From: Eledone cirrhosa
Lineage: Eukaryota
Assembly: GCA_964016885.1 (NCBI GenBank)
Contig: OZ024741.1
Location: 358,360,001-358,424,000 of the forward strand
Direction: 5' to 3'
Length of the DNA: 64,000 nt
Shown one piece after another: positions 27,503-44,433 of this stretch. Position numbers and translations under genes: made by a program. The notes under the pieces are model-generated. The model ran no database searches. It was not told where the DNA came from and saw only the letters and a program-made list of their open reading frames with translations. Position 1 is the first letter of the stretch. Each line of letters opens with the position of its first letter.

Positions 27503-27577
27503 ATTCCTGATGATTTCTAAAGAATGAAACAGTTCTAGTCCTGTAGAATCTCATCTATATAGAAACACGTGTCAATA
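27503..27577 (+). ncRNA. Long-stem-II hammerhead-like motif at a PLE-like 3' end
   Basis: CTGATGA-tttcta...tata-GAAACACGTGTC-aataaa, followed by (TA)n. Confidence 0.5.
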
Positions 27578-27612
27578 AATTCCTTTCAACTAAACTGTAT
27601 CCATTCAAATCT

Positions 27613-27681
<69 letters not shown>

Positions 27682-27685
<4 letters not shown>

Positions 27686-28097
27686 TTTTGCGAGCTTTTT
27701 GATATGAAATCGTGTGTCGAAACAAATATTGTTATACTTGGGGAGGGTCATATTTGTGTAATATTGCCTGAATTAATAACAGAACACACTCACTGACTAA
27801 ATAAAGATGGCGTAGAAAATACAATGCAACGGGAGGAAACAATAGCACCACTGACGATGTTGCAGATGTGCAACGAAAGAACTTTGATAAACTATATATA
27901 TGTGTGTGTGTCTATATTTTATCTGTATTATTTTTGACCGTTGGTCAGTCAATGGCAACATTGAGGACCGAATAAATTAGATTACCGATATAAAAGACAC
28001 AGAAGCGAAAAGCGAAAACCAGCCAAACAGTGAGTGTGTTCTGTTATTAATTCTGGCAATATTACACAAATATGACCCTCCCCAAGTATAACAATAT
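27682..28097. mobile_element. (TA)n-embedded module with ~70-bp inverted repeat and hammerhead-like core
   Basis: 27726-27794 is inverted at 28028-28097. CTGACGA-T-GTTGCA gatg TGCAAC-GAAA at 27851-27878. Confidence 0.6.
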
Positions 28098-28104
28098 ATA
28101 TATA

Positions 28105-28162
<58 letters not shown>

Positions 28163-28371
28163 TTGATTTATTGATATTTTATCTGAGTGTCCCGAATCTT
28201 CCAGATCGCAATTTTTCGGTCGTATGGTTGATTATAGACTTGTTCTATGTGTGACGGTATTTTAACGATAGTTATAGCTCTGATTTATCTGAATTATTGA
28301 GCCCTCTGCCGCTCATTTCGAATTTTGTTTATCGTGAACTCGTGCGCCGATTTTTCGAAACTCGATTATTC

Positions 28372-28446
<75 letters not shown>

Positions 28447-28465
28447 TATACATATATATATATAG

Positions 28466-28678
28466 AGTAATAATAATAAATTTGAATACTAAAATCCAAA
28501 GAGGGCTCGATAAGGTTAGTTTCAGAAGATCCCGTTAAGGGTGAAAGCACCGATTCTTTGCTTAAACTTTACTCTGTTATTTTAATAAATATTTGCTCTA
28601 CGGTTCTTATACATTTGATATATATTTATCCTTATCGAGCCCTCTTTGGATTTTAGTCTTCAAATTTATTATTATTAT

Positions 28679-28682
<4 letters not shown>
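28466..28682 (+). mobile_element. (TA)n-embedded module with ~50-bp terminal inverted repeats and a CAGAAGA hammerhead
   Basis: 28466-28515 is inverted at 28630-28682. A truncated terminal copy sits at 60385-60433. Confidence 0.7.
28518..28568 (+). ncRNA. Hammerhead-like motif with CAGAAGA core
   Basis: AGTTT-CAGAAGA-TCCC gttaa GGGT-GAA-AGCA..TGCT-T-AAACT. Confidence 0.65.
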
Positions 28683-28722
<40 letters not shown>

Positions 28723-28975
28723 CTATACATATGTAGGTATGGGTTATGTCGAGCACTAATAATGGTTTCTTATATTAATGTAAATAATTGTTTCTATATT
28801 AATGTAAATAATTGTTTCTACTTTTGGTACAAGGCCAGCAATTACCCAGTGTATTACTGGTACTTTAAATGTAAATAATGATGTTCGATTCGTTTGTAAA
28901 CAAACAGCCCAATTTGAAGCTGTGCCGTGTTGGTAACCGATCATCACCTGTTTGTTCAACACTGACTTTGAGGAA

Positions 28976-29016
28976 CAATCAACATGTTTCTGGGTCATTG
29001 CCCTTCATCAGGACTG
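28976..29016 (-). ncRNA. Minimal type-I hammerhead ribozyme
   Basis: CAGTC-CTGATGA-AGGG caatga CCCA-GAAACATGTT-GATTG. Confidence 0.75.
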
Positions 29017-29539
29017 TATACCTCTGTCTGTTGAACAGTTGAAAATAGTATTTTCTGTAGTACATATACATACACACACACATATATACATATACATATG
29101 TAAGTATGGGTTATAACTAACCGGTCAACAGACTGGCAGAGGTATACGCAGACGACGAGGCATGATAACAACATGATGCTTCGTTCGTCTCTGGGTCAAA
29201 AACATAAACACACTTTTTTCTTCTCCGTTTTTTCTTTGCTTGTTTCCTTAAAGTTTATCATTATTCCGTTGGTATACAGCTATTACGCAATTAACACCTG
29301 AAAATGTCATCGGGTTCTTACGCAACCTGGCCACTGAAATGTGCATAGTGTTCGCAGAATGACCTGTCATTTCACTTTATAATACATTTACTCCGTTCCC
29401 GCACCACCAACATGATTCAACACCAAAGATGGATGAGTTGCATAACGTCGAGTGGTTTTCTCATATTACGTCATGGTTAACATTGCAGAACGACCAATTC
29501 TACCCAGTGGTAAGCCACCAAATTTAAACGTATATATAT

Positions 29540-30965
29540 ATAATGGAAAAATTTGAACAGGGACAAAACAGAGAGGCAGTACAACGAATGTTTATTAATT
29601 TCACGCTCTGGAGAGTGGGGTGTTGGTGGGGGACGACGTTTCGGGCATAAGCCCTTCCTCAGGTGAGAAGTGTGTGGGAACAGAGTTCAAAGGGTGTGTA
29701 GGGGAGTGGTGGAGAGACATATAGCGAAAGGAAACGGTGCGAATGAAAAAAATAAATGTACGTGTGTGTGTGTGTGTGTATGTGAAAGTAAGGGTTGGGG
29801 GAAGAACGGGGTTGCATGTTCAGGAAGAGGTGTGTGTGTGTGAGGGGGGGGGGTCTGGGTCGGAGTGTCTGTGCGTGTGTGGATAGAGGGGTGGGGGGAG
29901 AGGAATCAGGAGGCTGAGGGTGTAAATTTGTGGTGGAAAGCACGTGTGTGTGGGGTTTAAGCGTGTTGTGGGTGTAGGTGGCGTGTGGATAAAAAATTTA
30001 TTTTGGGGTGTGTGTGTGGGTGAGTTATATAGGTGATTACGTAAGAGGATGGTTGAAAAGTTGGTAAATTCCAAAGGTGTTTAGTGGATTCTGTGGTGGT
30101 CAATTTCTGCGTGCGAGTATTCCATGAAGCGATGGTCGGAAGAGGAGAGATGTGGGGTGCGCGCGCAACAGGAAGTGGTCAAGCAGTGGGAGTGCTGTGT
30201 GTCTGTTTGTGCTGGGAGGTGGTCAGAGGGCATAGCAGCAGTCGGTGGAATGGTAAAGGGGCGAGGATGGGTAGGTGTGAAAGTTGGAGTGAGGAGGGTG
30301 TGTGTGTGTATTAGTAGAGGTGTTAGTGGGATGAGTGAGTGTGGAGCGAGGGTGTGGGTGGAGCGGGGAGAGAAGGGTGTGTGTGGCTCTATGGAGGGAG
30401 TGTGGTGTACTGGTGTGTGTGTAGTTTGATGAAGGGGTGTTAGTGGGTGTTAGTATACGGGAGGTGGGGAGGAGTTGAATGCAGGTGTAAGTGGTGGTTA
30501 GTGGTGGTAGGGTGTGTAGAGTTGGTGGTGTACGAGGGTGTGTGGGTACGTGTGCGTGGGGTTGGGGGGTGTTAGTGATGTTAGTTGCGTGTGGGGTGGG
30601 TGGTGTAAGTGGGTGCGTGTGTTCGTGTGCTTGGGGTGAGGGGGTGTTAGTGAGGTTAGTTGCGGGGTGGTGGGATGGAGGTGTGGGGGTGAGAGGTGTG
30701 GGGTTGAGGGTTAGTGGTGGTAGTAAGGTGTGTGTTTAGTGTGAGCGCGTGTATATATGTGCCGGTGGGTGTGTGCGTGTGATAAGGAGGGGGGAGGAGG
30801 AGAAGAAGGGAGGGATGTTAGTATGTTAGTTGGGGAAGGGTGGTCAGATGAGGGGTGGAGTGGAGGTGTTAGTATTGTTAGTTGTGGGGTGGGCGGTGAA
30901 AAGGAGGGGTGTGTTAGTGGTGTTAGTGGGGGATAAGTGTTGGGGGAGGGGGGCGGTCGAAGGCT
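29540..30965 (-). mobile_element. Decayed PLE 3' region (GT-rich on plus strand) between TA tracts
   Basis: Hammerhead near the 3' end and the same compositional skew as the PLE at 62433-64000. Protein homology is not clearly readable. Confidence 0.5.
29632..29666 (-). ncRNA. Minimal type-I hammerhead ribozyme
   Basis: CTGAGGA-AGGGC ttat GCCC-GAAAC-GTC; stem I is short. Confidence 0.7.
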
Positions 30966-30994
30966 AAAGGATATATATATAATTAAAATTATTA

Positions 30995-31290
30995 CAGGTA
31001 GAGCCGTTACTTCTCCGAATCGAGAGATCAAGCTCTGGAGCTACGGACATGTGGTTAGAATGTTTAAGGAAAGAATAACTGAACACATTTTACCGGCAAA
31101 ATCAACCAGCAGGAGACTTGAGGTAGATCATGAGCAGGATGGTTGGGTAACATCTATAAACTCGATTGGTCTCGCTTGGGGATCAAACCAGATCATTTGG
31201 AGATATGCTTCTGGAAGGACCCTCAGGATTATGAGCCTGAGGGCTTTGCCACATGAGCCGCCCCATCAAGCTGTAGTAGCAGATATAAGT
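30995..31290 (+). mobile_element. RTE-like LINE 3' fragment
   Basis: KLWSYGHVVRMFKERITEHIL resembles the RTE C-terminal WYGHVxRM motif. Confidence 0.6.
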
Positions 31291-31539
31291 AAAATATAGG
31301 GGTTTTCGATTCATTAATCGTAATTAATTTGAAATTTTAAGTATTCTATACATAATATACATAATATAAATGAGAGATGTTTGTTGGTTGGTTCCTTCGT
31401 ACATCATATAAAAACGAAAAGTGACAATCAAAAAGTAAGTACAGCAATGGAATAAGGGTTTAATACCCAGGAAGGTTTATTGATACTAAATTTAATAACA
31501 TCAAAGAAGAAAAACATCCCGGGTATGCTAACCAACCTG

Positions 31540-31937
31540 ACTGCTATTTCTAGCAGGCTGGGAGACAACTCACTGAGAAACCTGGACCCGCTACATCTAT
31601 GCAATGGAACACGCTTTACAGCCAAGCAGATAATGAACCATCTCCTAGAGGTTACAATTCTTGGAGGCAATCATTAACGAGAAAATGCATTTATTCCCAA
31701 GATTCCTCTTATCCCTTTCTCTACCGAGCTGCTTTCAAATTCTCAAGACTTTAGTTCACTGTTAGAACCAGTTTTGCTATGACCATACATAAAGCTCAGG
31801 CTCAGAGTTTCAAAGTTGTAGAATTGGATACAAGAGAATCTCTTTTTACCCATGGACAGTTACGTGTAGGTTGTTCACGGCAGGGATCACCTAGAAATCT
31901 TCATATTCTATGCACGAACGGTTTCGTCTCATACTGT

Positions 31938-31968
<31 letters not shown>

Positions 31969-32051
31969 AAACATCTAATACAGTCAATTTTTCTTTTACT
32001 TGTCTTCTCTCATCATGTGTTTACCCGGGCGAAACTGGGTACGTCAGCTAG
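31540..32051 (+). mobile_element. Helitron 3' fragment (PIF1-like helicase + terminus)
   Basis: LRNLDP..LCNGTR, FAMTIHKAQAQSF and FTHGQL.VGCSR. Terminal hairpin ACCCGG..CTGGGT followed by CTAG|T. Confidence 0.9.
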
Positions 32052-33382
32052 TTAAATTTAAATTTAAATTCCTCAATAACCCCTTTCATAGGCTGTGAAT
32101 TGGCACGCCGAATAAAATGCTTTATGGTATTCGTACTGGTTTGTGTTTTTGCTCTATTTTTTGTACAATTTATGCATCAAATTCAACATACTCCACCTAG
32201 TATTGAAATGGAACGGACCTCTGTATGTTTCGGCGACGAGTGTTCCAGTTGTTCAATAAACGGAACAACCTACTCGTGAAATGAACGTGTAAGTGATAGA
32301 GTATTTCACAGATACGTGTGCTGACAACGTAATTCTTAGGGAGATTTATCTTGACAATGAATGATAAGGTTGGTTCTTTGAATTTACAACTACAATCCAC
32401 TCAACGTGCTTCTAACAGTCTCCGTCTACCCAATTTCACTCACAAGGCTTAAGTCAACACAAGCCTTTGATAAATGGCACATTCCCAAAATTGATTGCGT
32501 TTGGATTGAATTGAGGACCTTATGACTGCAAAGCGAAATTATTAATCACTTGGTCATGCAGCGTTCCCCACCCTAATATTAAACTTGTGTTGCATTGTAC
32601 TGTTTTTATTTGTATTGTTTGTCATTGGAGAGGGAGTAAATCGGTCCGATGTTGATATAAACTATATCTAGCCGGTAACATCTGGGATTCAGCTCCTTAC
32701 CTGTAAGGGTTGTAATGTTCCAGTTGCAAATTGTTAACATTCATCACTTCCTTTTGGATTTTCTTTGAGGTTTCGGGATATAGAACCTTTGTGCGTTAGT
32801 TACACGCCTCCCAGGACTTGTCACATCCCTTCGCCAGTATTTTCAACGTTAAATAGAGACTGCTATATATTTTCGAACGGGTCCTAAGGCCTGAAGGAGG
32901 TTGCAGTAAGATTGTTTTTATTGAATCCGACCATACTACAGTTTTTCTTGTGATCCTTTTCGAACCAGTCACCATTTTGGTAATTTTCTCAGGCCCGCGA
33001 AGACTAGGCTTTATAGAAGCTGTCTTTACTAACCTCGTTGTTTATTAAATCGCTTGGTTGCGAAAGTTTTCGTGGGAGCTAATAGGGCCACATATTATCC
33101 TAGTAGCTTGCCGTTGTTTGGTCCTGGTCTGCTTATTCGACTGGTAGGAGCTCACTTATATCGAAACTAACAATTATATCTGGTGGCCGTATCGCTTTCC
33201 GTCATCTACGACCCAAAAATTCTAAAGAGCGAAAATATACTTCAGGAAAAATTGATTATAAACACCCTTAAAAAACCTTTGTTGATAGTGTTAAAGAAAT
33301 AAAAGGAAAAAAAACGTTCTTAAAACTTTTCCGAGGTTAATTTGATGCACTGCAACAAACATAAATTTTTGACAACTTTGAA

Positions 33383-34514
33383 GCCTTGCGTTTGGTCTAC
33401 AGAGCTACTCTCTCACTAACAGATACCACCCAGACGAATTATATGTGCATAGCAACCGATAGAGAGCAATCGTACTGCCGTGTTGCCATATGATGTTTCA
33501 GTAGCCGATATATCACCACGTGTTCTTAAATTGCTTCTTCACTAACTTCTCCATAATGACAGAATGAACCTGTCATTACAACAGTAGAGGTCTGACGAGC
33601 TTTTGATTCCAGAGTCGGGCCAGATCGATACAGATCAAACTTTGAGCTGATCAATAGCGAAACGCGCGACACCAATCAATAAACATAATGAAGGCTTGAC
33701 AAATCGTCCTTGTATTATTATATTACACCCTGTTTAGCTCTACACCTCGCTACCGACGTGAACCTAAACATCGAGTGCTGACCTAGGTGAACCTACAGTA
33801 ACTTCACGTTACACTCCCTGGATATATGGTTGTGATTTCGATTCCCAGACCGTGTGATGTGTTATGTCCTTGAGCAAGACACTTTATTTTACGTTGCTCC
33901 TTTTGCGTGAATTTGCAACCGACAGATAGTATTAGCGATTGGAAAGACCAATGGAAACATTGTTTCCTCAGTCCGTTAAGCGAAGGAGGCCTTGGATCTT
34001 GTCGATCGACTATCGATATATGACGTTTTACTTTAAAATGTTTTTGTTGTATATCGACCGTTACATGTTTCACAGATGATTGGCTCGAGACCCTTATCGA
34101 TATGATAGACTGGACTCCTGCATCGAACTGCTCCTCGGGCGTGTGGACTCAATAAAAACAAATTACTTAATAAACTACATACATATATATATATATACAT
34201 GTTTGCGTGATCAACAGACAATGTGCAAGCTGAGAATATTTATATTAACAGTTTCACTTATTTTTTTACATTACCAAACAATTTCGTGACCATAAATACG
34301 ACCAGCTCTTTCAGATGCAATCCAAAAATTAAATGGAAATTGAAATGGAGAAGTTAGTGAAGAAGCAATTTAAGAACACGTGGTGATATATCGGCTACTG
34401 AAACATCACATGGCAACACGGCAGTACGATTGCTCTCTATCGGTTGTTATGCACATATAATTCGTCTGGATGGTATCGGTTAGTGAGAGAGTTTTGAAGA
34501 CCAAACGCAAAGGC
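33383..34514. repeat. ~170-bp inverted repeat pair (33383-33554 / 34345-34514)
   Basis: Arms align by eye with few mismatches. The spacer contains a hammerhead module and a SINE. Confidence 0.8.
33589..33673 (+). ncRNA. Long-stem-II hammerhead, cleavage triplet decayed to GAC
   Basis: GGT-CTGACGA-GCT...AGC-GAAACGCGC-GAC-ACC; homolog at 35669-35753. Confidence 0.6.
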
Positions 34515-34555
34515 ACTCGTTCAGTACCCGAGAATTGCTGACTTGTGGAGCTATA

Positions 34556-35170
34556 TCGAACAGTTGCTGTCGCGTGTAGGACGGATCCAGTTATCGACTT
34601 AGTCCATTGTGCAGATAGACCCGCCATCCTCCTTTAAAGAGGAGGAAGGGCAAGCAGTCTTCATCTGCCTGGTGGCCATGACAAAAGAGATTGTGTGGTG
34701 GACAAGGTTGAAAGGGTTGAAAACGGACACTTTCCTCTTCGGCCAATCCCTGATTAACTTTTTCAAGTTTCACTTGAAGAGGAAAATCAGGGTGGAAAGG
34801 CAAATGCTGTCTCTAGTAAGTTTGTTGAAAGGTGGGTGAAAGTGGCGAATCTGGTCCGAGTGAACGGACCAGACTCTGAGTATGCGCCTGTAGACCGAAG
34901 AGTGGGAAAACTGAGAGAGGGCGCTTGCCCTGGTGGTCAGGGTGGCCGTGGTCTTTTGTGTGGTTTTCGCCATGAGTGACCCTCGGAAGCTTCCCCCTTA
35001 TTGGGGAATTTTTGTTGTCTACAACTCCCTACGGTAGAGTAACCACGGAAGTATAGTGACTGCTGGCAAGCTTACACTATTTACACTTCTAGCCCTCCTT
35101 AGCCACCTCGTCTGTAGCCTAGATATTAATACCCCCTCCGCCATTGTGGTATTTTTCTCTTGGTTGTAAG
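34556..35170 (+). mobile_element. Tx1/L1-like LINE 3' fragment
   Basis: AVFICLVAMTKEIVWWTRLKG matches the C-terminus at 43680-43916. Confidence 0.8.
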
Positions 35171-35422
35171 TGGCTTAACTCTGTTTCTTGACCGCTGTAT
35201 CACGTGATAAGTTCCCCCTCCGCCTTTCCGGGTTCTCTCTTGCGCCTTGCAGACGTATTTTGAAACTTTAAATGAGCTGGCAAACCTCACAGAAATACTG
35301 CATCTCTATGATGTAGTGTTTTTGCAAAGTAGCCACGAAACTGTACAGTCGAGAATGTAGAGGAATATTGGGTATTTATATTTTTTTTATTTATGTCTAA
35401 TGTTTCTTCTTTCTTTATAATG

Positions 35423-35520
<98 letters not shown>

Positions 35521-35668
35521 AGTGTAACTTGGAGTTACTGTACGTTCACTCGGGTGAGCACTCGATGTTTAGGTTCACTTCTGTGTCGGGGTGTAGAACC
35601 ATACAGAGTGTATTACATTTAAAAGATAACAAGGACGATTGGTTACTCCTTCATTACATTTATTGGTT

Positions 35669-35753
35669 GGTGACGCACGTTTCGCCACTGATCAGCTCAA
35701 GGTTCGATCTGTACCGATCTTACCCGACTCTGTAATCTGCAGCTCGACGGACC
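35669..35753 (-). ncRNA. Long-stem-II hammerhead, core decayed to CCGTCGA
   Basis: GGT-CCGTCGA-GCT...GGC-GAAACGTGC-GTC-ACC. Confidence 0.55.
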
Positions 35754-36136
35754 CCTTAAAATGCTAGTAGAAAATGAATAAATGCTATATGATAAAGTCA
35801 GAAGTTCATATGTTGGTCAATAAAGATTGTTTTGATTGGTGGAATAGTTCATAGGGGTGTTTTTGCCTGTAGTGCATGTGGGGGTGGATGTGATGATAAG
35901 ATGGTGGTGGTTGACGGTCGCAGGCTGAGATGGGCTGTGGTGTGGGGGCGGTGGATTGTCGGTAGACAGATTGGCATATATATGTGGCTGATTATTGTGT
36001 GTGGTGTGGGTGTGGTGTTGTTGTTTATGGTAATGGTGTTTATGGTGGTGTGATGGATGTGTAGGTGGTGTCAAATTCAATAAGGAGATACATACATAGA
36101 CACACTTAGTCTGACAAAAACCTTGTATACATACAC

Positions 36137-36214
<78 letters not shown>

Positions 36215-36489
36215 ATGTATAGAGAGGGGGAGAGAGTCAGTGGAGATGGCATAGTACATAGATAGAGGGAGGGGGAGCCAGTGGAGATGGCGTTGTACAT
36301 ATAAATATACTTACACACAGACACACACACTTGCGTTGTCTCTATGTCGTGGATAGTTTTAACGTACCGCTTTGACTCAACAAGATGTTTCCATAGTTAG
36401 GCAGCGAGTTCGCGGGAATTCCTATGCAGGTTATAGTGAAAGAATGAAGAGTAACATGGTTGGCTGTACAACAAGGGGCTTTATTTCAG

Positions 36490-36600
36490 GTATTAACAAT
36501 TGTTTCATTAATCAGATGAGTCTAGAGGCCGCTAATCGCTCGAAGTTGCGTCATTCGATCTCCATTACATTATTTACCTCTGATCAAATCCTCAGAATAC
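36490..36600 (-). ncRNA. Long-stem-II type-I hammerhead
   Basis: GTATT-CTGAGGA-Tttgatcaga..(~60 nt)..tctgattaaT-GAAACAATTGTT-AATAC. Confidence 0.7.
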
Positions 36601-37099
36601 AAAAATAATTCATACATGGCATGATATATATATAGAAAAAGCGTATAATCAAAACAATAACAGCAATAATAAAATATATGATAAATAGGTAAAGAAGTTA
36701 CAGATGTAAAAGTAAGAAAAAAGTTACAATAAATTGAAATTGCTACACTTATAGATGAAGGTCTGGCGGAGACATCGGTCAAAAAAATTTTCAAATCGAC
36801 CCACGCCAAGTGCAAAAATCAAATTTGTAATGTATTGATTTTTCAGTTCAAATGTATAATTAGATATGAGAGATGAGTTATTTCCCTTTTATGGCGTCAT
36901 TTGCTTATCTATTTATGTTACGTATAAACGACGCGGTGGACCTAGAAGAACAATTTCATGCAAAGACAAGACCAAGTTTATGGAGTAAATGGAGTCGTTA
37001 GACTAATATTCTATTTAAAACAACCGAATGATTTCCAGCCCCGGAGTTTAAGAATGATGTAAATAAAATTGTAAACGAAAATGACAGGTTATTAAAATA

Positions 37100-37207
37100 G
37101 TTGTTTCTACTTTTGGCACAAGGCCAGCAATTATCCAGTACATTACTGGTACTTTATTTTATCGACCCCGTAAGGATGAAAGGCAAAGTTAACCTCGACG
37201 GGATTTT
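37100..37207 (-). mobile_element. SINE family A fragment
   Basis: Reverse complement of the family A body. Confidence 0.75.
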
Positions 37208-37768
37208 AACTTTACCTTAACATAGTCAAAGTAAATAGTGAAGATTTAGGCCAGTACATACGTATGCGCCGACGAACATACACATACATATACATACGCA
37301 CATACAAATACACACACACACACGTGCGCGCGCGTGTGTGTAAACCTTATGCATTTCTACAGTATTTTCACCAAACTTAAGATATAGGTTACTTATGTAC
37401 TCCGGATGGTCACGGGCACTTTTATTTTTCCAGATATTGATTATAGGGCCTCCCGGCAGATAACCCTCTTTAACCACTTCCTTGGAGTCGACTGAAGCAC
37501 TGCAGTACAATGCAAAAAACGTCATAACTTCTGGAGTTCGCAACCGATTTTCACAAAACTTGACACATGGGCTACGTTCTACAGATGAATGTGAACTCTC
37601 AGAATTAGCACATATTGACTAGGGGACCCCTGGGGGCAGCAACCCTCTTTTGGAAAAAGCCGATGATTTTGTAAAAGTATAGTTTTCGAAGCAGCACTGA
37701 AGTATTGACATAAATGGTATACATAACTACTATTTAATACCCGAACAACGCCGGGTACCTCTGCTAGT
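37208..37768 (+). mobile_element. Non-autonomous Helitron-like element
   Basis: 3' hairpin ACCCGAACAACGCCGGGT followed by CTAG|T; the 5' boundary is uncertain. Confidence 0.6.
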
Positions 37769-38266
37769 AAAAATATAAAGAAATAAGGATAAGTGAGAGC
37801 ATATAAGTACAGAATATGATAGTGGTGGTGGTGAGTAAGTGTCCGATAAGGATGCTGTGGTGACATGAACAGTCATATTCGAAACATACATAGATACGTG
37901 TAGAGAGTCTGAGGTAGTGACAGATAAAAGAAAAAGCAATAAATTATAAATTAATTGGGAGATACTAGTATGAGACCCAAGGGCTAAGGGTGGATGGTAG
38001 AGGTAAATATTTATATTATATTTTTTAAGGTTGTTCAATGGTAATAATTTGATATACCAGAACTTTAATATTAAGATAAGCAGAACAAGTAAAATTCAAC
38101 CAATTTTTCAAAATAAATTAAAAAATATAATATAAATATTTACCTCTTCTAATGGCCCTTACTGATCAGTTTCGCTTTGAAAAACCCCAGAATCCAACGG
38201 ATTTTATATATATATATATGGCAAGTAAGTATGTTTTGAAACAGTGAGCGAGTTTGAAATTAGAAA

Positions 38267-38366
38267 ATATATAGCTTTCACCGTATTTTTGACTAAAGGA
38301 ATTTTAGCTTGATAACGTTATCAAGCTAAAATTCCTTTAGTCAAAAATACGGTGAAAGCTATATAT
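38267..38366. repeat. Perfect 100-bp palindrome with no spacer, in a (TA)n-flanked module
   Basis: Centre AAC|GTT at 38316/38317; arms checked base by base. Confidence 0.95.
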
Positions 38367-38377
38367 ATATATATATA

Positions 38378-38578
38378 TAACGAAGGAATTGTGGTAAGGA
38401 ACCAGATGGCCCATAACGCGCCAGAGTACTCAATACTTAGGGTAGTAGAGTGGGTAATAGGAAAAAGTATGACCCCGACGGCAGTGCTCAAGCCGTTTCG
38501 ACGGCTATTTTTGGACTAGTCCAGAAATAGCCATCGAAACAGCTTGAGTTCTGCCGTCGGGGTCATACTTTTTCCCTA
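38378..38578. mobile_element. Hairpin module copy 1 (TA-embedded)
   Basis: Unique ~80-bp tail plus an imperfect hairpin at 38458-38578 centred on TGGACT|AGTCCA. Confidence 0.85.
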
Positions 38579-38737
38579 TATATATATATATATATATAAT
38601 TAATTAAAAGTTGGTTAGAAGCGAAGTCAATGCAGACAGGCAGACATACAGACAGATATTATAAGTGCGTGACGTTATAGCTATGTATCTATCTAAAAAG
38701 ACAGAGTAAGAAAGAGAGAGGAATGTCGTATTATATA

Positions 38738-39343
38738 TCTATATATATAAAACTGAGGATGTGTGTGTGTGTGTGTGTGAGTTTGAATCCCTAAACCTCG
38801 AGAAGTACACAACCGATCTTTTTGAAACTTTACATGTGTATTACTTATGTTTCAGGGAGTGTTATGCACATAATAAAATTCAACTTTTTGATCCCATTAG
38901 GTGAAAAACTGCGTTTTTTTCAGCTTTTTGGGTTTTTTTTGAGGCGTTACGTCTTTGAAATTGTAACTATGTATTAGTCAGTCTCTTCTTCATACCATAA
39001 GCAAAGAAAATCTAACTTTTTTATGGCCTAGGTGAAAAACTTCATTTTTTCAGCTTTTTAGGGCTTTTTTGAGGCGTTACGTCTAGCCGATTTCCCCGAA
39101 ATTTCAAGGCATATTATGCACATAAAAAAATTCATTTTCTTGATCCCCTAGGGCCCGCATTAGGTGAAAACCTGCATTTTTCCTGCTTCATCGAGGAAAA
39201 TCTTAAAGATTATCCAGTCTTCAGCGTATTCGGTTTATTTTCTTTACATATTGTCCAGGCATGCAGTTTTTCCACGATTAGGTCTATTGGCGGCCCGTGT
39301 TCCAAAATACCTTATCCCGTGCAACGCCGGGTACCACTTCTAG
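38738..39343 (+). mobile_element. Non-autonomous Helitron-like element
   Basis: TC start, terminal hairpin and CTAG|T; homolog of 11927-12578. Confidence 0.75.
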
Positions 39344-39762
39344 TATTATATATAATAAAGTACCAGTATGTACTCCTCACTTTACATACGGCCGTCAGCT
39401 TTATTAATATAGATAGAGATTGACAATATATACAACAATTTAATCCATGACACATTAAAAAAAAAGACGATATTATATATAAACTGCAAAATATATGAAT
39501 GTTTATTTAAGCGATCGTTAACCGGAAGTGTTGACATTTGAAAATTTTAAAGAAGTGAATCTTTAAATAAACAATGAGATATCTTTAATCAAGGATAACG
39601 AAATTTACTAGACAAAATTGCCCTGACTTTCTTTAGAAAAAGTTACAGCTATGGTGAAAATTTGGTGCCGTTTGGTCCAGCCGTTTTGCCAAAGGTTTGT
39701 TACATATATACATACAGCCGTCAGCTTTATTAACATATATATATATATATATATATATATGC

Positions 39763-44160
<4,398 letters not shown>

Positions 44161-44354
44161 GATACCTATCTATCTATTTATCTCGGATTCTGTCTAACAC
44201 GTGGAAAATGCGCTGGTGAGTAAATGTTTTAATTTCATTGGAAATTGCATGAACTGAATCTACATTCTTACACCATTTTGTAGATAAGCTGCCACCCTAC
44301 ACTTTGTAGGTGGTAGCAACCCAAAATAATAAGCCCATTGTGGCTAATAAAGAA

Positions 44355-44433
<79 letters not shown>

